Positions 28,190 through 36,789 of a stretch of 64,000 bases of DNA are shown piece after piece; the first letter of the stretch is position 1, and the number at the start of each line of letters is the position of its first letter. This stretch comes from Oligoflexia bacterium (lineage in GTDB: Bacteria; Bdellovibrionota_G; JANQFH01). The notes beneath the pieces were generated by a model, which saw nothing but the letters and a program-made list of their open reading frames with translations, made no database searches and was not told where the DNA came from. The stretch lies in contig JANQFH010000008.1 of the NCBI GenBank assembly GCA_028277945.1, forward strand, positions 128,742 through 192,741. Reading direction: 5' to 3'. Position numbers and translations under genes: made by a program.

Positions 28190-30199
28190 TTGTTAAAGCA
28201 TAAATTTATGTCGAGCAGCCGACAGACATGGAATCCAGTGATATTCAGCAGTGCCTGTAGACTAAAGAGAAATCCTATCTACAGAGTAAGGCACGCATTG
28301 CCGTTGTGGCTATGGGTAGTCTACCTTTTGTTCGCCTCATCAACGCCTCTGTTCGGCCAACTCGAAAAAAGACAGTCCTATGGTGACCTGACATACCTAG
28401 TTGCCCAACGAACAACGGTCTTGTCGGATAGAGACGCAGAAGGCCCGGCGATGACAGGGGCAAGAAGAGAGAGTGCTTGGCAGCTGGGTGATCTTAGCAA
28501 GGAAAATGCCGAACCAGGCATTGTCGTAAGAGTTTATGAAGCCTTGCAAGCTGCCCTATCACAAGATGCAGATGCCGAGGTGCGGGCTACGGCAGCACGC
28601 TCATTAGGAAAGCTTGCTGGCATGCTTGCGTTTGCGGCGCAAGACAACTTAGAGCAAGAGGACAATGTCGCTCTTTCCAACAGAGTGAGTATAGGTGCCA
28701 AGATCGTCAACGATGCACTCTTGCCAGCTCTGGCTAGCGAGGAGAACGAGCGTGTTAGGGTGGCAATCATCGACGCTCTTGCTCATAGTGGATCGATGCT
28801 GTGGCTCTTAGATGAGCAGACTTCTTACAAAGGCACGCGTGAGAGAGTTGTTGTACTGTTGCGCAGCGGGCTTTTAGCAAGTACGATTCCTAACAGCCTG
28901 AGGCAAGCAGCTGCAAGAGCGCTGGGTGAAATTGGTTCAATAGCTGCGTTGCCAGCGTTGTTTAACGTCATTGAAAATCCTGGTGAGGATCCGCAACTCC
29001 GCTATCATGCGGGTTCGGCCATTGGAGATACTGTCGTTCACTATTTTCAAAGACAGGAAGATTTCAAAGCCCAAATACCGGACTTACTAGGAGACATTGA
29101 AATTGAGATTCCAGGATCAAAAAGTTTGCCACTACTGCTTGAAAGACTTATGTATATCGCCCTCGATGCTTACCTTGGTGATGCACAGGCGCCGCTGCAC
29201 TCCTTTGCGCGCATTGTGCAAACAACTCCAGACCTGCCTTATGGTAATTCGCAGGAAGATTTCGATACTACGGTTTGGAATGCCGTTGATGATCTATTGA
29301 AAAGAGTCGAGGAGAAGGTCAACGCTGTATGCGAAGCACTGCCCAATGAAGAGCCATCGCCAAGGCGTTTTTTGCACATTGACTTTGGCGAAGCTGCAGA
29401 GACCCTCGGCATAGCTGCTGCTAAAGTTTTAGACCGAAGTGTGCTCTACATTGGCTACCTTAAACATTTAGACCCTAAAGAACGCGACTTTTATACGCAT
29501 TTAGACCCTTTCGAACCTCCAGAGCCGGAGTTCGGCAGCATAGGACGGTTTGATGATGGTCCTCTACCAGGAGTAGAGGAATTGCGAGCCATCCATGGAC
29601 GACTCCATGTAGACATTGTAAAGGTGCAAGGGCTAATGAAGAGAGAAGGGCTTGCAGTCCATGCAGGAGGGAAAACACTTGGAATGCCAGGTTCTGCACC
29701 CTACCCACGGCAAGCCACGGCAGACCTTCAAGTTGAATTCTTATCAGAGAAAATCTCCGACATAGCCGCTGTGGGAGGCATACAAAATACCCGTGAGTAT
29801 CAGATTTTCCAAAGATTGCAGCAGAGTCTGTCAGAGATGGCTTTGATCTATCCAGATTCAGAGGTGCGCGCACGGGCTCTGCGTGGATTAGGGCACCTTC
29901 GGGGGTATGCACTTTCCTCTGAAACGACCGAGCTTTTGCTAACTGCGGTGGAGGGTGATGGATTAGATCCACAACTCATGGGCACTACCTCAAGAACACG
30001 AAAAGAGAGAGAGGCAGCGCTTTGGGCTCTAGAGCAGATAATGAGCCACCCTTGGGCTTCCAGAACCACGTTAGTTGCACCCACATTAGAGAGGCTTGCC
30101 CGACTAAGGCAACAATTAGGCCCTACCGAAACGTATCTGTCTGCAGGAATACAAGAGATCGTCCAACCAGTTCGGGACACTTACTTGTTAATTCACTAA
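28190..30199 (+). CDS. PBS-lyase/HEAT-repeat protein (669 aa) with N-terminal signal/TM segment
   Basis: Repeated HEAT-like units DAEVRATAARSLGKLAG, NERVRVAIIDALAHSG, LRQAAARALGEIGSIAALPALFNVIENPGEDPQLRYHAGSAIGD, SEVRARALRGLGHLRG. Confidence 0.65.
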   Translation: MLKHKFMSSSRQTWNPVIFSSACRLKRNPIYRVRHALPLWLWVVYLLFASSTPLFGQLEKRQSYGDLTYLVAQRTTVLSDRDAEGPAMTGARRESAWQLGDLSKENAEPGIVVRVYEALQAALSQDADAEVRATAARSLGKLAGMLAFAAQDNLEQEDNVALSNRVSIGAKIVNDALLPALASEENERVRVAIIDALAHSGSMLWLLDEQTSYKGTRERVVVLLRSGLLASTIPNSLRQAAARALGEIGSIAALPALFNVIENPGEDPQLRYHAGSAIGDTVVHYFQRQEDFKAQIPDLLGDIEIEIPGSKSLPLLLERLMYIALDAYLGDAQAPLHSFARIVQTTPDLPYGNSQEDFDTTVWNAVDDLLKRVEEKVNAVCEALPNEEPSPRRFLHIDFGEAAETLGIAAAKVLDRSVLYIGYLKHLDPKERDFYTHLDPFEPPEPEFGSIGRFDDGPLPGVEELRAIHGRLHVDIVKVQGLMKREGLAVHAGGKTLGMPGSAPYPRQATADLQVEFLSEKISDIAAVGGIQNTREYQIFQRLQQSLSEMALIYPDSEVRARALRGLGHLRGYALSSETTELLLTAVEGDGLDPQLMGTTSRTRKEREAALWALEQIMSHPWASRTTLVAPTLERLARLRQQLGPTETYLSAGIQEIVQPVRDTYLLIH

Positions 30200-30247
30200 T
30201 ACCCATTGTATAATTATGTAGAGTCTTTATCCTCCAGGTGAATCTAC

Positions 30248-31939
30248 ATGCGCCTCTCAAAGATTTTTCCCATCAGCTTATACTTGCTTGTTATTGTCAG
30301 CTCGGGTGGACTGCTACTTGCCCAAGACGCTCCAGATGACCTAGCAAGGCTCTACAAGCTTGCCAGGAGTGCATTTAAGAGTGAGGAGTACGATCGTGCC
30401 TTTGAGTTGTTTCAAAAACTAGAGCGACAGATTAGCAAAAATCCAGAGATAGCAGATCCTGTTGCTACCGTTGATATTACATCAGCCCTTGGATACCTGT
30501 ATTACACTAAGGGAGAGCTTGAAACCGCTTCAGAAAAAGCAAGTCGAGCAATGGAGCTTATCGCCCCTTTGTTAAAGGAAAATCCTGAAGACCCACAATT
30601 ACAAAGGTTTTCTCATTCAATTCACTGGACTCTGGCTTTGATTTCCTTTGACCAAGTGAATTATCGGTCTGCCTACAAAGCGCTTACTGAGATGGCAAAA
30701 CTCGAGCAGGTAAACCCCGACCTAGTGATTGATCGAACATCGATTGCATCGTTGGCTATCCATCCTTGGAACAAAAATCATCCTGCCGTGAAAATCATTT
30801 TGGATTGTCTTAACGACGCCGTGAGCTATCTGGATAAGGATGAAGATTTGCTAGAAACCACCCGGTATTTTGTAGAAGCGGTCTCATCGGAGGAACTTTG
30901 GATCGGGGCGGCGATTAGCCGGGATGTACAAGCCGGAGCAGCCATTAGCGGTCGGCCAGTACAGTTTCTAGACCCTTCCACTTCTGACACTGTAACCACA
31001 CACTTTGTTTCGCTTTTTCCGGAAGTTTTGAATCTGCTAGTTGAGACCTATGGTGAGAATGTTTTTTCTGACGAATCTGCTGCTGAGTATGATGGTACTC
31101 CTGTCTGCTCTCCAGACATTAAAGTGAATGCTCGCTTGATTATGGCTTTGGTTCATGAAGCGCAACATTTTAGAGATATCCCAGACTATATGGATGACGA
31201 ACACAAGTTCTCTGGGAACTTCTTTGAGTTTGAAGAGAGGGGCCGACATGCCGGTGCTCTTACTCTGTCACGTCTCTTTAACGACTCAAGAGAAGCCAGT
31301 GACTATTTAGGTTATATCTCTTGGTCTGACTATATTGATCTCAGTTTATTGGAATCCGGCAGTCTTTTTGCCGCAAATAACATTACTGCTAATATGGGCT
31401 TTGTTGGTGATTATCATCGAACCAGTGTAAGCAGCGCACTGCTTGCCCCTTCAAAAGGTCGGCCACTGGAAGAGGTTACGGCATTACTTGCACAAGCTGA
31501 TGAGCGCAAATTAGAAGAAGCAGAGATCCAACGTTTGCATGAAAGCATAGGAAAGGTTTCCTCTATTGGCTCTAGTTTGCTTGAGGAAGCACAACGCACA
31601 GAGCTCTTAGAAGAGGGGCAAGGTGGTTTTGCGGTGGGCAAGGAATTGGGCTTTAATAATAGCTCGTTGTGGTGGTTCATGCGTATCGTCGCCTATCGCA
31701 AAATTTTAGAGCAAGAGGGATTTGATGTTGATGGCCCTAGTCTCGCAAAACTTGGTGGGCTAGCAGCAGACGCCAAACGTTCATTGGAAGGAACTCTAAA
31801 AGATGCAAAACAAGCTGTTGACGTTGCCGTGCCAGTAATTAATGATCAAACCGAGCCAAGCCGAAAACGCTACATTGACACTGTAGAACGGTTAAAACGC
31901 GAGTGGGATGCCAAAAGCGACACAACGACAGGTAAATAG
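30248..31939 (+). CDS. Hypothetical exported protein (563 aa) with an HExxH motif (LVHEAQHF)
   Basis: Signal peptide ISLYLLVIVSSGGLLLAQDA; HEAQH motif; otherwise unassigned. Confidence 0.5.
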   Translation: MRLSKIFPISLYLLVIVSSGGLLLAQDAPDDLARLYKLARSAFKSEEYDRAFELFQKLERQISKNPEIADPVATVDITSALGYLYYTKGELETASEKASRAMELIAPLLKENPEDPQLQRFSHSIHWTLALISFDQVNYRSAYKALTEMAKLEQVNPDLVIDRTSIASLAIHPWNKNHPAVKIILDCLNDAVSYLDKDEDLLETTRYFVEAVSSEELWIGAAISRDVQAGAAISGRPVQFLDPSTSDTVTTHFVSLFPEVLNLLVETYGENVFSDESAAEYDGTPVCSPDIKVNARLIMALVHEAQHFRDIPDYMDDEHKFSGNFFEFEERGRHAGALTLSRLFNDSREASDYLGYISWSDYIDLSLLESGSLFAANNITANMGFVGDYHRTSVSSALLAPSKGRPLEEVTALLAQADERKLEEAEIQRLHESIGKVSSIGSSLLEEAQRTELLEEGQGGFAVGKELGFNNSSLWWFMRIVAYRKILEQEGFDVDGPSLAKLGGLAADAKRSLEGTLKDAKQAVDVAVPVINDQTEPSRKRYIDTVERLKREWDAKSDTTTGK

Positions 31940-31994
31940 CGCAAAAGCTTCGATCTAATGGGGTAGAGGAAAACCTATACCGAAAATTTACTAC

Positions 31995-32915
31995 GTGTCC
32001 TATTTATATCGATTGAAGCTGAGCCTGAGTCTCTTTTTGATTGCCTGCCTGTTTGCAACCAACAGTTTTTGCTCTCCATTTGCTATAGACGATCCAGAAC
32101 GTCAGCGGAGCCTTTTCTATCCGCAGTTTGCCTCTATTTTGTTGCCAGGATTTGGGCAATGGATGGAAGGGCAGTATGGGGCGGGAGCAGCGTACAGTGG
32201 CTGGGCTCTATCCGGTATAGGGCTCACTCTTGCCCTTGACTCCAATCCAATTGAAGCCTTCAGTTTTTCCGCTATCAATGAAACTGAGGAGAGAAAACGT
32301 TTTGTAGTTCTTGGCTCGTTGATGCAACTGCACTCTGGGTTTCTTAGTAGTTATCACAGTTTTCGATCTGCTGTACGCAGCCGAGGAGACGAGTTCGACT
32401 TTCTTAAAGTAGAGGAGACGCCTCTTCAGTTACTAGCGGCACCTTTCAAGTTCACATTTCTACGCCGGCGTACAACGGCAATACCACTTATGCTCCCCCT
32501 GCTGGTTTTGTCATTAGCAGAGACTACTATAGGAGATGAGTTTTCTTTAACAGGCTCAGAACTATTTCTAGCTGGAGCGTTTTCTATGCATGCCGGCGTT
32601 GCTGAAGAAGCGGCTTTTCGTGGCTGGCTTATGCCGTTGCTTTATCATTCGACCGACAGTAAATTTTGGAGTAATACGCTGACCGCGGCAATCTTTGCAG
32701 CTGGCCACATTCCGAGTGCCAAGATACCCATTGGCCAATTCTTGACGGGTTGGTACTGGGGTTGGCTCACTCAGAGAAACCAGTGGAGTCTGTCGGAGTC
32801 CATTTTCATTCATTTTTGGTGGGACGCCTTATTGTTGATCACAGCCTTTGCTATCAATGAAGACTTGGCAGTTGGTAATGGCATCAGAATTAACCTGTTG
32901 CAGCTTCACTTCTAG
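31995..32915 (+). CDS. CPBP family (CAAX protease / Abi-type) intramembrane metalloprotease
   Basis: Multi-TM ORF with the three CPBP signatures EEAAFRGWLMP (EExxxR), FAAGHIPS (FxxxH) and HFWWDALL (HxxxD). Confidence 0.8.
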   Translation: MSYLYRLKLSLSLFLIACLFATNSFCSPFAIDDPERQRSLFYPQFASILLPGFGQWMEGQYGAGAAYSGWALSGIGLTLALDSNPIEAFSFSAINETEERKRFVVLGSLMQLHSGFLSSYHSFRSAVRSRGDEFDFLKVEETPLQLLAAPFKFTFLRRRTTAIPLMLPLLVLSLAETTIGDEFSLTGSELFLAGAFSMHAGVAEEAAFRGWLMPLLYHSTDSKFWSNTLTAAIFAAGHIPSAKIPIGQFLTGWYWGWLTQRNQWSLSESIFIHFWWDALLLITAFAINEDLAVGNGIRINLLQLHF

Positions 32916-32921
32916 TAAATT

Positions 32922-34061
32922 CTAAACAAGACTCTCTTCGTTGCAAAGCTTCCAAAATGGGATAGTTCGAATTCCACTCTTCACTGACCCACGATCAAGT
33001 TGACGACGATGTGTGCAATAGACACGCGGTATCTTAAGTAGCTCCCGGATACGCATTAAGTGGGAGGTCTCTCTTTTGTCGGAAAGTTTACATTCAACGG
33101 CAAACAGAGGCTTCTTTTTTTCAAGCACAATAAAGTCAAGCTCACGGCCGTCTCGGTCTCGAAAGTAGCGAAGTTCTGTACGGTAGCCTGCCGTATCTTG
33201 ACGGTAATGACAATACTTCAACAAATGACAAGCTACCATGTTTTCAAAACGTGTCCCTTCATCCTCGACTTGGGCCCAATCCCAAAGATAGAGCTTTGGC
33301 GTCTTTTTGATCGCACGAAGCTTTGAGGTGTGAAGTGGTAGAACCAAAAAAGACACGTAGATTCGCCCAAGAATATCAAGCCATCGTTTTATAGTGGCAT
33401 GACTCTTTTCCAGATCTTCCGCTAAACTATTGATAGATAGAGGTGATCCCACTCGTTCAGGTATTACATCAACGAGAAGTTCAAGCATCGATAAATCACT
33501 CACATTCTCAAGAGCGCTCACCTCTTCCTGAATCACACGTGTGATTCTCTCAGCACCCCAGCGACGATAAAACCTCTCGTCGGCCTTTAAGAATGGCTCT
33601 GGAAAGCCACCATATTTCAGCAGTTGGTCAACTGCCTTTGAGTCGCCAATTTCTGGAAGTGAAAGAGGATGAAGGCGATAGTAGTGATAGCGTCCTACAA
33701 GTGAATCGCCGCCTCTTCGATAGTAGTCCAAACGAGCCGAGCCCGTAACAAGACATTGACGACTTGGATAGAACTGGTCGTAAAAGCCTTTTACCAGCCG
33801 CCTCCAATGTCGGTACTTATGCACTTCATCTAAAACAATGCGCGATGGTGAGGCTGGAATCTGATCACGCCGAATCATTTGTCGGTGCAGAGGAATGTCC
33901 CAATTGAGGTAACCTTCATTCTCTTTGGTTGGTGGTGAGAGTAGTGATATTGCGAGAGTTGTCTTGCCAACCTGTCGTGGTCCACCAACGAGGACCAGCT
34001 TTTCTTTTAGGTCTCGCTGGATGTGCGCGGTCAAGTATCTTCTGGCAATTTTCATGTACAC
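32922..34061 (-). CDS. AAA+ family ATPase of the DUF4143 type
   Basis: Walker A LVGGPRQVGKTTLAISLL close to N-terminus; length and C-terminal DUF4143-like region; low-GC, mobile-element-associated family. Confidence 0.75.
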   Translation of the reverse strand: MYMKIARRYLTAHIQRDLKEKLVLVGGPRQVGKTTLAISLLSPPTKENEGYLNWDIPLHRQMIRRDQIPASPSRIVLDEVHKYRHWRRLVKGFYDQFYPSRQCLVTGSARLDYYRRGGDSLVGRYHYYRLHPLSLPEIGDSKAVDQLLKYGGFPEPFLKADERFYRRWGAERITRVIQEEVSALENVSDLSMLELLVDVIPERVGSPLSINSLAEDLEKSHATIKRWLDILGRIYVSFLVLPLHTSKLRAIKKTPKLYLWDWAQVEDEGTRFENMVACHLLKYCHYRQDTAGYRTELRYFRDRDGRELDFIVLEKKKPLFAVECKLSDKRETSHLMRIRELLKIPRVYCTHRRQLDRGSVKSGIRTIPFWKLCNEESLV

Positions 34062-34171
34062 ATTAGAATAGCCGCGGCAATTTTAAAATACAATTGAAAA
34101 AAGCCTAGATCATAATTACTTGATATTATTTAATTTTGCTGTGATTTCCTTCACCTTGCTGGCATAAGGAA

Positions 34172-34423
34172 GTGTTTCATGCAATCGATCGACTTAAATA
34201 TGAGGCCGAACAACTTGAGCATACTGTGACTTCGTTGGCTTTAGCTTGGAATCTCTACCATCCTTCCATAGCCGCTACGATAAAAGGTCCTAAAAGGGCA
34301 GAACACCTCGATGCAGTCAAGCGGGCGGTTAACAAACCACTAGATGAATTGCAATGGCAAAGCCTAAACGTTCTTTTTTCCGAGTGTATGCCAGACTTTG
34401 ATCTAAACAGGCTTCGTGGTTGA
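34172..34423 (+). pseudogene. C-terminal fragment of an aldo/keto reductase gene (gene remnant)
   Basis: 83-aa ORF whose product LALAWNLYHPSIAATIKGPKRAEHLDAVKRAVNKPLDELQWQSL matches only the C-terminal ~60 aa pattern (LA[WL]..P.V...I.G....E.L..N......L..E) of AKRs. No N-terminal TIM-barrel part is present. Confidence 0.45.
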
Positions 34424-34434
34424 GGCTCCAATTG

Positions 34435-34800
34435 TCACAAAAACTTTACCGCCGGCTTGAACCCGCCCCAAATCATACGCTTACTATCAAATGGTAGTTT
34501 TTTTTGCAGCATTGCTTTTTTAAGTCTTGGATCCTTTTGCACCTTCTTATTTATAGCATCCCGACTCGCCTTTGATTTGTATGTGATATAGGAGAAAAAT
34601 ACCACTTCACCTTTTTTTAGCTTTACTGCTTGAGGAAAAGAGGTCCATTTGCCTTTTTTGACGTCATCGGCAATACATTCGAAAACACTCAGAGCCCCAT
34701 GCTCCATCCAAACTCTTCCGCATAGCCTCGCCAATTTTTTGTAGTCATTTACTTTTCTTCTAGGTACAGCTATAAGAAACCCATCAACATAACCAGCCAT
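34435..34800 (-). CDS. DUF1428 (YbaA-like) family protein
   Basis: MAGYVDGFLIAVPRRKVNDYKKLA..HGALSVFECIADDV..GEVVFFSYITYKSKASRDAINKKVQKDPRL matches the conserved YbaA/DUF1428 pattern along full length (121 aa). Confidence 0.75.
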   Translation of the reverse strand: MAGYVDGFLIAVPRRKVNDYKKLARLCGRVWMEHGALSVFECIADDVKKGKWTSFPQAVKLKKGEVVFFSYITYKSKASRDAINKKVQKDPRLKKAMLQKKLPFDSKRMIWGGFKPAVKFL

Positions 34801-34864
34801 TTTCGTTCTCCCTTAAAATGTAAAATTAAATTATCAAACCCCGCTAATCTTCTTATCATAGTGA

Positions 34865-35149
34865 TGGAGGTGGCTTGAACCCACCTAACAAGAGACTCCC
34901 GCCGCCGGAAAAGCGAAGGTGCGATTCACTCGCGCCTGAGCGCGGGGTCTGGGGGCATCGACGAGGCGTTGAATCTATAATAAATACGAGAAGCGACCCT
35001 ACAGCCGAGGAGGGCCCCCAGCTAAAATGGAGGCGGCGGGAGTACCGTTCCCACTACGCGGGAACGTTCTCCTAAGGAATGGTTCATTGTAAGCGCCTCC
35101 AGTAAAGCATTGCTTCGCAATACTTTACTGGAGGCGGCGGGAATCGAAC
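34865..35149. repeat. Cluster of tmRNA 3'-end-derived att-core copies: tRNA-like TGGAGGTGGCTTGAACCCACC (34865-34885), inverted partial copy GACTCCCGCCGCC (34894-34906), TGGAGGCGGCGGGAGT (35028-35043), and the attL copy TGGAGGCGGCGGGAATCGAAC (35129-35149)
   Basis: Direct comparison with the ssrA 3' end TGGTGGAGGCGGCGGGAGTCGAACCCGCG at 44823-44851. Extended imperfect hairpin CCTCCAGTAAAGCATTGC-TTC-GCAATACTTTACTGGAGG at 35096-35135. Confidence 0.6.
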
Positions 35150-35247
35150 AGACGATTTAACCTATTGGTATTGCTGTTTCTACAATCAACTTTCGATGGA
35201 TGATGCCCCCATAGTTGCCCCCTGACCTGTTGGTTATAACTATGAGG

Positions 35248-35457
35248 TTATTTGCCGGAAACTGTGCGTCCAACACGATGATGGTTTAACGGTATCGTGA
35301 GTTTAGACGTACCAACTTGCTTGGCTATACTTGAATCTTCGGCCGTGCTCTCAATGATGTAGGGACTTGGGTTCTGTGTTACCCAAGCATTAGATAAACC
35401 CTTAGCTGAGGTTTGCTGTTTCTGAGCAGGGTCTTTTCTTTTTTGAGAATCTTTCAT
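35248..35457 (-). CDS. Small hypothetical protein (69 aa) at island edge
   Basis: ORF only; Lys/Gln-rich, no motif. Confidence 0.3.
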   Translation of the reverse strand: MKDSQKRKDPAQKQQTSAKGLSNAWVTQNPSPYIIESTAEDSSIAKQVGTSKLTIPLNHHRVGRTVSGK

Positions 35458-35516
35458 AGTTACTTCAACCTATAATTATAACAAATATCTCAATGAGTTA
35501 TCAAGGTCAAGTTCTG

Positions 35517-36620
35517 TCAGGACGACTTCTCCCATTGTGCATAGGTCTTCGGTGTACCTACAATGTAATCTAAGTCTGGTTTTCTTGCTGCGTAGACCTT
35601 ACCTCGGCTCACAAACTGTGAGGAATAACGGGTACTTTCAACAACGGCCTGAATAAGTTCAAAGTCCTGTGGAACACACTGTTGCGTTGCAATCTGATTA
35701 TTGCAGTAATTTTGCCAAAATTGCAGCAACAATTGCTGCGGCATATTCGAGGGTACATTCACCGTTGGCGGAGCCCCAATAAGAAATGCGTTGCTCGGAT
35801 CAGCCAAACAGACGCCAAGGGGGTCGAAAGGAATCCTCATCTCCATTTGGCTTTCAAGGTCTAAATAGACTTGCCAAAGCAGCTCGTCCAAGGTTTTGTC
35901 ATTTTTGGCAATCTTCAACCCCAAGTCTCTTGCTTCTTTGGGAGACACTGCATGGCCGTGACTAAAAAAACTTCTATTCAATTTTTCAGCAATTGCATCT
36001 GCTTTAGTCGCATCAGCCCCTGTCATATGCATCTTTAACAGGCGCTTTGCCATAGTTACTGATTGTCCTGATGATCGTTTTGATGCACCCAAGACTGTTG
36101 GTTTCACTTCCTTTACCAGATGCTCAAATAGCTGAGCCAAATAGGATTGTTCCGAAAGCTTGCCTTCCTCCTCAAGAAATTTTGCGAAGGCGACTATATC
36201 TTCGTAGGAAAACCCTTGCTGACCTTCCTTTGTCGTAACTGTAATTTGGGGGTCAACCGGCCCTAAACAAGCCATAGGATGCATATAGATCTCATCTGCT
36301 CCAAGCGCTATCAATGTAGCCGCACTAAACGCATAATGGGGCACCAAAACTCCTATTTTTCCTTTGGTTCCTATCTTTTCCCGAATCAGGGACATAATTC
36401 GCCATGATGCCAGCCCGTCTCCACCAGTACTGTTAATAACAATATCCAGGTCGTCAGAGTTTTTGGGAAGAACATTCAACTGGTCGATAAATTCCCTAAC
36501 TGCATCAGCAGCGATTTGGCCTGGAGCATTTCTTCGTCCGCTGGTTGCATATGTGATGAGCGGTCTTTTCCGATGAGTTTCTATCTTCTCGTAAATCTTT
36601 TTTCGTTCTGTCAACGCCAT
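35517..36620 (-). CDS. ClpP/SppA-fold (crotonase-like, S14/S49 / SDH-family-like) serine peptidase, 367 aa, island cargo
   Basis: DLDIVINSTGGDGLASWRIMSLIRE (INSxGG oxyanion/nucleophile-elbow region of ClpP/SppA) and catalytic-Ser-like context HYAFSAATLIALGADEIYMHPMACLGPV; about 150-aa C-terminal extension. Confidence 0.6.
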   Translation of the reverse strand: MALTERKKIYEKIETHRKRPLITYATSGRRNAPGQIAADAVREFIDQLNVLPKNSDDLDIVINSTGGDGLASWRIMSLIREKIGTKGKIGVLVPHYAFSAATLIALGADEIYMHPMACLGPVDPQITVTTKEGQQGFSYEDIVAFAKFLEEEGKLSEQSYLAQLFEHLVKEVKPTVLGASKRSSGQSVTMAKRLLKMHMTGADATKADAIAEKLNRSFFSHGHAVSPKEARDLGLKIAKNDKTLDELLWQVYLDLESQMEMRIPFDPLGVCLADPSNAFLIGAPPTVNVPSNMPQQLLLQFWQNYCNNQIATQQCVPQDFELIQAVVESTRYSSQFVSRGKVYAARKPDLDYIVGTPKTYAQWEKSS

Positions 36621-36789
36621 GATATCAACATTTCCTCTTGAGGCTTCTCTTAGCCGATTAGTGAACCAAAGACCTCCAAAAATAGGTTAGATTAGTATGT
36701 TTGACAAGAGGCCTGTCTAATTTAGTCAAGTAGGCTGATACATGTAGAATAACAAAGAGTTATCTATTCTGCACTATCCAATAGTCTAT

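Noticed and set aside
32953-32975. GGGATAGTTCGAATTCCACTC (T-loop-like TTCGAAT) near the 3' end of the DUF4143 ATPase gene as a possible third att/tRNA fragment delimiting the older island
   Set aside because: Lies inside coding sequence, is palindromic (TTCGAA) by itself and matches the att core poorly; insufficient evidence.
34865-34885. tRNA-like 3' end (T-arm-like GGTGG-GTTCAAG-CCACC + TCCA) suggesting a tRNA gene
   Set aside because: No complementary acceptor 5' strand, D-arm or anticodon arm could be found upstream; more likely a degenerate att fragment derived from the tmRNA tRNA-like domain.
34920-34975. Plus-strand GGGGTCTGGGGGCATCGACGAGG resembling a tmRNA 5' end, raising the idea of a second (plus-strand) tmRNA
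   Set aside because: Similarity limited to a short TCGACG-containing stretch; no tag reading frame or 3' tRNA-like domain in plus orientation.
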